A stretch of DNA of 64,000 nucleotides from a virus. Under the pieces are notes generated by a model. The model was not told the DNA's origin, did no database searches, and saw only the letters and a list, made by a program, of their open reading frames with translations. The position numbers were made by a program, and so were the translations under genes. Each line of letters starts with the position of its first letter. Within the stretch, counting starts at the first letter, position 1. The stretch lies in the IMG/VR virus record IMGVR_UViG_3300045988_098461, positions 1-64,000 of that record, one strand, 5' to 3'. Shown here piece after piece: positions 54,995 through 61,691 of this stretch.

Positions 54995-55065
54995 AAAGCT
55001 ATTAAAATACTAATAAAAATACCGAAAAGATTTGGTGGTTTTAAAAGAAATTATTAATTTTGCGG
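54995..55065 (+). promoter_or_regulatory. early promoter cassette (near-identical copy of 46075-46147)
   Basis: TATTA-AAATAC-TAATA at 55000-55015, GATTTGGTGG, TAATTTTG at 55055-55062. Identical downstream GCGGTGTAAATAATTAATAAATAGGTTTAA. Confidence 0.6.
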
Positions 55066-55116
55066 TGTAAATAATTAATAAATAGGTTTAATATTTAAAT
55101 TATAGGAGATACAACA

Positions 55117-55299
55117 ATGAAAGTTAAATTGATTAATGGAACAGAAGTAGAAGCTAACGTTTTTGATTACGTTGCTCAGATTTACGAAGGTGGCAAATGG
55201 CAGGCAGTTGCCGTTAGCTCTGATTACAATGAAGCTGAAAAGAAACGTAAAGAGTATGCCGTAAAGGGCTGCTATACAAGAATAGAACAGCTTTACTAA
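55117..55299 (+). CDS. hypothetical protein
   Basis: 60-aa ORF after TAGGAGATACAACA. Confidence 0.5.
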   Translation: MKVKLINGTEVEANVFDYVAQIYEGGKWQAVAVSSDYNEAEKKRKEYAVKGCYTRIEQLY

Positions 55300-55324
55300 T
55301 TAATGATATATAGGAGATACGACA

Positions 55325-55750
55325 ATGAATAAGTACGCAGAATTAAAGAAGAAGCATCAGAAAGAGCTTAATAAATTGCCAATGAAAGCTGCTTTTGGTA
55401 AAGAGCAGTTTAAGAAAATGATGGAAGAGTGGGGGCTTACCACCAACGCCGAAGATATTAGTAAGATTGATATGCTCGTTTGTGGTTGCTATTGCTTAAA
55501 GGAAGATACCCATCTTTTCGAGGAGTACTTTCAGAGAACACAGAAAGAGCTTAAAGAGTTCTTAAAGGATGATGATAATCTTAAATCAGCATTCAAATAT
55601 GAGTTCGCTAACCATGAATGCGGATATACATATACACCGCAAGATGCGCTTCCTCCGCTTAATCTTACCTATGAAGAGGTTGAGAAGAATGAGCGTTTAA
55701 ATAGGGTCTTTAACGAGGCTTGGTGTGAATATTTAGATAAATGTGAATAA
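55325..55750 (+). CDS. hypothetical protein
   Basis: 141-aa ORF after TAGGAGATACGACA. Confidence 0.5.
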   Translation: MNKYAELKKKHQKELNKLPMKAAFGKEQFKKMMEEWGLTTNAEDISKIDMLVCGCYCLKEDTHLFEEYFQRTQKELKEFLKDDDNLKSAFKYEFANHECGYTYTPQDALPPLNLTYEEVEKNERLNRVFNEAWCEYLDKCE

Positions 55751-55753
55751 GAT

Positions 55754-56065
55754 ATGTATAAAGAAGGCGATGTTTTAGTACTTTATAATAATTGGCGTGC
55801 TGAGTATTGCATATTCATTCTACACAGAATATACAATGATGATTGGATAGAAGCTCATGCAAAGTATTCTCTCCCATTCAAAAAGCTTGGAGTAGGAGCA
55901 AATAATGCTTCTACAAACGTAAAATACTCTACGGGGTGTTTGAGAAAAGCGTATGAGGATGAAAGAGAATTTTTGTTAGAAAAAATGAAGGAAAAAGGTT
56001 ATTCATACGATTTTAAGAAGAATAAACTGCTACATTCATTCAATTATGAAAAAGGAAGAAATTAA
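55754..56065 (+). CDS. hypothetical protein
   Basis: 103-aa ORF. Confidence 0.5.
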   Translation: MYKEGDVLVLYNNWRAEYCIFILHRIYNDDWIEAHAKYSLPFKKLGVGANNASTNVKYSTGCLRKAYEDEREFLLEKMKEKGYSYDFKKNKLLHSFNYEKGRN

Positions 56066-56164
56066 GATAAATGAGCATTGTAAGCACTATTTCTTAGGCT
56101 TCTGCCACTTCTATTTAGGTGGCTGCTGCTCTGGTATTAAATGCGGATATAAATAATTAAGATT

Positions 56165-56386
56165 ATGACAAAGTTTATTGAGGTAAAGTATAAAGGGCAT
56201 TGTACCCTTGTAAATATAGATAATATCGCTTACGTTGAACCTTCACGAAATGGCGATATAGTAACATCTATAAAGCTTAATTGCAAGACCACACCAACGG
56301 GCGGTCAAGTGATTCTCTGCGAGGATGATTACCACACATTCTTGACTAGATTGGAAAACCTTGTTGTCGTTGATAAAGCTGAGTAA
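56165..56386 (+). CDS. hypothetical protein
   Basis: 73-aa ORF. Confidence 0.5.
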   Translation: MTKFIEVKYKGHCTLVNIDNIAYVEPSRNGDIVTSIKLNCKTTPTGGQVILCEDDYHTFLTRLENLVVVDKAE

Positions 56387-56389
56387 GAT

Positions 56390-56623
56390 ATGAGAGCATT
56401 TGACGTACTTTTAGCCTTACATCGCTTGGATATGCGACAGGGCAAGGATTATCTTGAAGCTCCTGAAAAGAATGATTTGGAGCTGAATGTGATAGAAGGT
56501 AAGCTGAAACGGAATCATTGGTATTGGTGCGATTTCCATAAGCAGCCAATGCTCGGCGAGCCTTCGGTTATCCTCACTCTTGGCGGTGGGGATATTCAAT
56601 ACCTTTATGAAGTAGAAAAGTAA
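56390..56623 (+). CDS. hypothetical protein
   Basis: 77-aa ORF. Confidence 0.5.
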   Translation: MRAFDVLLALHRLDMRQGKDYLEAPEKNDLELNVIEGKLKRNHWYWCDFHKQPMLGEPSVILTLGGGDIQYLYEVEK

Positions 56624-56636
56624 ATTAATATAAGTT

Positions 56637-56903
56637 ATGTATCAGATAAATGTTGTAACATATAGCACAAGAGTGGACGTAAAGAACGCTCGCCGCAAGG
56701 TAGCGAATCGACAAAAGAGAATGCTCGGAGGATGGTTTGAAAGCGTGAAATTAGCAAGAAAAGCCTTGAAAGAATTCTTTGAGAAGGAAGGCTATCAGAT
56801 AGGTAACGAGGTCGAGGAAAAGGGCAGCGAGACCTATGTTAAGACGTTATTCTTCGGTAACATTATGCTCGAAATGGAGTATAAGATAATCAAGTATAAT
56901 TAA
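56637..56903 (+). CDS. hypothetical protein
   Basis: 88-aa ORF. Confidence 0.5.
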   Translation: MYQINVVTYSTRVDVKNARRKVANRQKRMLGGWFESVKLARKALKEFFEKEGYQIGNEVEEKGSETYVKTLFFGNIMLEMEYKIIKYN

Positions 56904-56906
56904 TCT

Positions 56907-57146
56907 ATGGCTCGTTTCGCTCTCAGAAATCAGGAGAAGATAAAGCAAGCATTCGGGGAAGAAAGGTTGGATGAGCTTTTGAAAGCATTGAAGCTGTATT
57001 CTGCCAAGTACCCGAAATTATCGTTGAACACAATCATCGAAGAGGGTAAGCCTTATCCTTCTTTCGTAGTTGATAAGATTGCCGTATTATATGTAACTCG
57101 CCTGATGTATGACGTTTATCACGTTGCTTTAAAGGAGTTCTTATAA
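56907..57146 (+). CDS. hypothetical protein
   Basis: 79-aa ORF. Confidence 0.5.
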   Translation: MARFALRNQEKIKQAFGEERLDELLKALKLYSAKYPKLSLNTIIEEGKPYPSFVVDKIAVLYVTRLMYDVYHVALKEFL

Positions 57147-57300
57147 ACAAAAAGCACCGCCCTCGGAGATACGAATGAGGACGATGCTAGATGTAAATAA
57201 TTATTATGTTTAACGTTGTGAGTACATAGGAGATACGCACTCGATATAACAATTAATGCAAAAGTAATAAAAAATATTTGGTTATCTGAATATTTCTTCG

Positions 57301-57308
57301 TAAATTTG
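57301..57308 (+). promoter_or_regulatory. -7 box (TAAATTTG) upstream of the ADP-ribosylglycohydrolase gene
   Basis: 34 nt upstream of ATG 57342. TTTGG -33-like element at about 57278. Confidence 0.5.
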
Positions 57309-57341
57309 CGAATAATTAACATTAAAATAGGAGATACAGCT

Positions 57342-58130
57342 ATGATAGGAGCAATTATAGGTGATATTGTAGGCTCTAAATATGAGTTTAATAACACATT
57401 TGATTATAACTTTAAACTATTTGACGAAGGTTGTAATTTTACAGATGATACTATCTGTACAATAGCCGTAGCAGATGCTATTCTTAAAGAAGGTGGTGAT
57501 AAAAAGCCGAATGTCGGAGATTATTGTATCTCGCTTCAATACTGGTGTCAGAAGTATCTAAACCCAATGGGTGGGTATGGCGCAAGCTTCGCAAAATGGG
57601 TTCGTAGCTCTAATCCACAGCCTTATGATAGTTTTGGAAATGGAGCAGCTATGAGAGTTAGTCCTGTGGGTTGGGCATTCAAAGAAAATTCTGATATCAT
57701 TCATCAGGCAATGATGAGCGCAAAGGTTTCGCATAGCCATGTTGAAGGATTGATTGGTGCTATTGCGGTAGCAGATTGTGTACATGCTTTAAAAGCATAT
57801 AAACAAAAAGATTTGATTAGGGTAATAGCAAAACAATATTATGGCTCTGATTGGAATAAGAATCTTGTACCAAGAGGTAGATGGGCAGAAACTTGCCAAG
57901 AGTGCGTTCCTCTTGCCTTTAGAATAGTCCTTGATAGTGATAGCTTCGAGGACGCAATCAGAAATGCTGTATCCTACGGCGGTGATAGCGATACGATGGG
58001 AGCAATCGTTGGTTCAATCGCTCAGCCACTCTTTGGTATTCCACAAGAAATGAAGGAAAAAGCATTGAACTATCTCCCTTTGGATATGAAGAATGTAGTA
58101 ACTAAATTTATTGATAGATATGGTGAATAA
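57342..58130 (+). CDS. ADP-ribosylglycohydrolase family protein
   Basis: IGAIIGDIVGSKYE, FTDDT, GNGAAMRVSP, SHSHVEG and GGDSDTMGAIVGS are the canonical ARH metal/substrate motifs. Confidence 0.85.
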   Translation: MIGAIIGDIVGSKYEFNNTFDYNFKLFDEGCNFTDDTICTIAVADAILKEGGDKKPNVGDYCISLQYWCQKYLNPMGGYGASFAKWVRSSNPQPYDSFGNGAAMRVSPVGWAFKENSDIIHQAMMSAKVSHSHVEGLIGAIAVADCVHALKAYKQKDLIRVIAKQYYGSDWNKNLVPRGRWAETCQECVPLAFRIVLDSDSFEDAIRNAVSYGGDSDTMGAIVGSIAQPLFGIPQEMKEKALNYLPLDMKNVVTKFIDRYGE

Positions 58131-58455
58131 GGAAGATTTAATCAAGCACTGCCGATACTATAGAGGTGGTGAGAACCCAAATACCAACGAAAATATGGCT
58201 TGGTTTTGGGATATGGAAAGAGTGTATGTTAATAGCGAAGGAAAGTTTAAAGGTGAGGAAGAATATTATAAGAAAATCAATGGTAAGGAATATAAGGGGA
58301 TTCCACATACATTGCTTATTATAATGTTCACTTCATGGGCTAAAGCAGCCTTCAATATTAAGGAAGAGATAGGTAGGTTCTATAAGCTGATAGACGAATA
58401 CCTCTTTATCCCAAACGACCATTTCCCAGAGGATAAAATTCCAAACGAACTATAA
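58120..58455 (+). CDS. hypothetical protein
   Basis: ATG 58120 overlaps the ARH 3' end. CRYYRGGENP...WFWDMERVY. Confidence 0.5.
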   Translation: MVNKEDLIKHCRYYRGGENPNTNENMAWFWDMERVYVNSEGKFKGEEEYYKKINGKEYKGIPHTLLIIMFTSWAKAAFNIKEEIGRFYKLIDEYLFIPNDHFPEDKIPNEL

Positions 58456-58457
58456 CG

Positions 58458-58490
58458 AAAAAAGGTGCGCCGTAATGGTACACCTTTTTT
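58458..58490. terminator. bidirectional intrinsic terminator
   Basis: AAAAAAGGTG...CACCTTTTTT between convergent genes. Confidence 0.7.
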
Positions 58491-58492
58491 GT

Positions 58493-61297
58493 TTAATATC
58501 CGATATTGCTATCCTTTACATAAGATAAATCTCTTATTTCTTGCCCTATAACCTCGCAGTCTATGTAGGTCTTTCCACCTTCTTCATAAACCTTTGTTAT
58601 TCGCATTCGTGTTCCTCTCTGAAAGAGTGTTTCGTGCTCGGAACTATATGTTGAGAAACGACTTACTCCATCCCAACTTCTTTTATCACCACAACCGAAA
58701 GCAGAGAAAGGTTCTACGTAAGCAGCCTTTGTTCCTTTTGGTGCATATATGTTCATAATAACACTTCGAGTATTGAAGCCTTTTCCTTTTCGGCTACCAG
58801 TTGACATAAAACCACCTTCTTGCATTTCCATTCCAACAAGGTCTTGAAGGTTTTTTGGCATAGAACCGCCAGCAAACTTAATTCGTGATTCAATAACTTT
58901 CATTCCATCATCACCTCTTGTAAACCACATATCGGTAGGAAGTTCGTTCTTTTCTATATAGCTTGTTATATTATTAACCTTCTCTATGAACCTTTCCTTC
59001 GTTTGGTAACTATCATATTTTCTTCCTTGTAATGGTTCATTTACATCGCAATAATGATGAGTGTATTCGTATGTGAAATCTTTTTCTTTTTCTGTTGCTG
59101 CTATCCATTGTTTGGATGCAACATCTACGAGGGTTTTATCAGCTTTTGCACCATTACCCTTATCCCATACTGCGGCATCTTTCCTTGATTGAGAGAATCG
59201 GTCTGTATCAAATACAACATTCTTCGCATTTCGTTTTGCTTTCGCATTAATAAGCGTTTCTTTCTTTTGCTTAGCTTCATAAAGCAACTGCTCAGCAAGG
59301 GTCTTATCCTTTGCGAGCATGGCGTGTTCAAGGTCATAGATAAGCTTATGATATATCTTGCTCTGTGTCTTATAACCTTTTACGTCAGCATAAGCTTTAT
59401 TGATATTCACCCAATCAATCGCCGTTTTTACCTCATCAAGCTTTTTGAGATATGCCGCTTGCGATACCTTCCATGTAGCATACTTCTGTTGAACCCCGTG
59501 CATATTTCCACCAAGGAAATCAACTGCCTCAAATTGCAATTTGCTAACTTGCTTTTCAAGCGTCAAGCTTTGCCATTGAGCCAACTTTGCTTCTACGGCA
59601 TCATATACTCCGTGCAATTCCTGGGACGTGAACTGCTTATGCCACTTATTAACATCAGGGATGAGAGCAGAAAGTGATAATTCATCCTTTTTAATAGCAG
59701 AAATGGCGTTTGCGAGCGTTTTTGCTTCTTTCCTTGCTAATGTATAGTTAGCAGACTTTAATGCGATTAGAACGGCAGAAACATCGGTTTCTCCGTAATT
59801 AGCAGCCACCTTCATAACATTTATCGCAACCTTGCGGTCAGTCCATGCAAGTTTAGTCTGATAACCTCGCTTGAATCTATCAAACAAAGATGCTATCTCA
59901 GAAGCACTCTTTTTGTCCTTGATTGCGTAGCGGATAGCATAGTAACGTTCAAAGAGGTCTTGGCTCTTTATATCCGTAACAGATTTGCTACCGAGCAGAT
60001 TATGAACTAAGCCATTGTAATAGTCACGTCTATGCTTATCCCATCGGCTCTGTATCTTATCTATCTGCTCTTTAGTTCTAAGGGCGTGACGTTCCTTTGC
60101 CTTCGCAAGTATAAGCTCCTTAGAAGAAACCGCCTTTAACCCCAATTTCTTGCGGTCTAACGGGCTTAAAAGATGTGCCCAATACTTTGTATTATCTTGT
60201 AAGTGCCAAGCCAATTTACCCCTCATTCCTGCCTTCACAATAGCTTCGGAGTTATCCTTAATGTACTGATTGTACTTCTCGGGCATAGTGAGCACGGCAA
60301 AAGGGGATACGTAGTTGCTCATATCCTCGCCAGCCATTAAGCGTTTATAAAACTCCTTTTTCTCATCGCCTTGTATAGTGATAGGGTCTGAGGTACAGAT
60401 ACATTGAGGATGCCAAGAAATCCATACGTAATCTTTCGGGTAGCGACCTTCAAGGTCATTGCATATATCATCAATATTGTGCTGTGGTGATACGTGAATA
60501 TACTGACCGATAACGAACGGCTCGTTCTGCCATCGCTCGTTTCTTGCCTTGTGATATGCGGCATTTATCTCCGTTCTTGCTACTCTGAGAGCATTCTTTC
60601 TTGCCGAGCGGTAAACACCCATGCCTACTTTCTCTAATGGCTCTTCAATAAAGCGCACCTTGCCGTCAATGATTCTACGTCTGCGCCAAGTCACCACATC
60701 TTTCTTCTTTCCGTTCTTCTGAACCTTGATGGTATGATAACGGCGATACATCATATCTGGGTCATTAAGGTATCTGCGAATACTCTTGCCGATTTCCTCT
60801 GCTGATGAGCCTTGTTTGATTCCGTCCGCAATGGTGTTGCTCATAGCCATTTCAAACTCGCTCTTCGTCTGTTGGCAATAGTTCCAAACAATCTGAGCGA
60901 GATTCAATCCATTCTTTGTTTTCAAACGATTTGCAATAAACGTGGCTGCGGCGGTATCTCGTGCGACCCTTATTGCTTTATCAGTAAGCACGGAATAACC
61001 GCCTATAACCATTTCATCGTGGTTATACGCCAACGCAACGCCATCGGTGATGCCGCTCTTATAACAAAGAAGGCTATTCTGATAGTAATCATTAAAGATG
61101 TCGTTCAAACGAGCCTTTAACTGCGGAAAGTTATCAAAGTTAAAAAGCGCATCATCTTCGAGCACATCTTCTCCATAGCCAAGAGAGGTAAGCTTCTTGA
61201 CATAATCGCTGTATAATCTGCCCAACCGCTTATTATAAACGGCGAACAGATTATTCAGTTGTTCTTTCTGTTGTTTTGATGTGAGCTTCTTAGACAT
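58493..61297 (-). CDS. minor head protein (Mu F / SPP1 gp7-like) fused to a C-terminal ADP-ribosyltransferase domain
   Basis: N-terminal ARTEINAAYHKARN and WHPQCICT (MuF pattern). C-terminal WFTRGDD (Arg), FMSTGS (STS-like) and SSEHETLFQRGTRMRI (ExE), in R-S-ExE toxin order. Confidence 0.8.
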   Translation of the reverse strand: MSKKLTSKQQKEQLNNLFAVYNKRLGRLYSDYVKKLTSLGYGEDVLEDDALFNFDNFPQLKARLNDIFNDYYQNSLLCYKSGITDGVALAYNHDEMVIGGYSVLTDKAIRVARDTAAATFIANRLKTKNGLNLAQIVWNYCQQTKSEFEMAMSNTIADGIKQGSSAEEIGKSIRRYLNDPDMMYRRYHTIKVQKNGKKKDVVTWRRRRIIDGKVRFIEEPLEKVGMGVYRSARKNALRVARTEINAAYHKARNERWQNEPFVIGQYIHVSPQHNIDDICNDLEGRYPKDYVWISWHPQCICTSDPITIQGDEKKEFYKRLMAGEDMSNYVSPFAVLTMPEKYNQYIKDNSEAIVKAGMRGKLAWHLQDNTKYWAHLLSPLDRKKLGLKAVSSKELILAKAKERHALRTKEQIDKIQSRWDKHRRDYYNGLVHNLLGSKSVTDIKSQDLFERYYAIRYAIKDKKSASEIASLFDRFKRGYQTKLAWTDRKVAINVMKVAANYGETDVSAVLIALKSANYTLARKEAKTLANAISAIKKDELSLSALIPDVNKWHKQFTSQELHGVYDAVEAKLAQWQSLTLEKQVSKLQFEAVDFLGGNMHGVQQKYATWKVSQAAYLKKLDEVKTAIDWVNINKAYADVKGYKTQSKIYHKLIYDLEHAMLAKDKTLAEQLLYEAKQKKETLINAKAKRNAKNVVFDTDRFSQSRKDAAVWDKGNGAKADKTLVDVASKQWIAATEKEKDFTYEYTHHYCDVNEPLQGRKYDSYQTKERFIEKVNNITSYIEKNELPTDMWFTRGDDGMKVIESRIKFAGGSMPKNLQDLVGMEMQEGGFMSTGSRKGKGFNTRSVIMNIYAPKGTKAAYVEPFSAFGCGDKRSWDGVSRFSTYSSEHETLFQRGTRMRITKVYEEGGKTYIDCEVIGQEIRDLSYVKDSNIGY

Positions 61298-61689
61298 TAT
61301 TTACCCTTATAGTTCCTCTTGTAGAAAATAGCGATATTCACAGCACCGTTATCTTCGTAATAATATCCTTTCTTCGTAAGGTACGACTTTACGGTTGCTG
61401 CCTCGTTGTTTTTTAGCTGATTAAAATCAATATTGATGTAACCACCTAATTTCTTAGAAGTACCGTTTATAGCCTTGCTAATATCTACATTCGTCATATC
61501 CTTTATGTGTCGTGGCAAGGTTTTTGTGAATAAGGAAAACTTTGAACGGTCTATTTCTGTGATATTCTGATAATTCATCTGCTTACTTTCTGCCTTTGAT
61601 TTAATCTGAATATCTTTATTCGCATTTGTTCTGCTACTTGCAGCGTTTACACTGCTTATAGTACGTGTATTTCCACTTCCTTTTGCCAT
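61297..61689 (-). CDS. hypothetical head-module protein with conserved N-terminal tag
   Basis: MAKGSGNTRTISSVNAASSRT is paralogous to the N-terminus of 35932..36402. Lies between the portal and MuF genes. Confidence 0.5.
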   Translation of the reverse strand: MAKGSGNTRTISSVNAASSRTNANKDIQIKSKAESKQMNYQNITEIDRSKFSLFTKTLPRHIKDMTNVDISKAINGTSKKLGGYINIDFNQLKNNEAATVKSYLTKKGYYYEDNGAVNIAIFYKRNYKGK

Positions 61690-61691
61690 AG

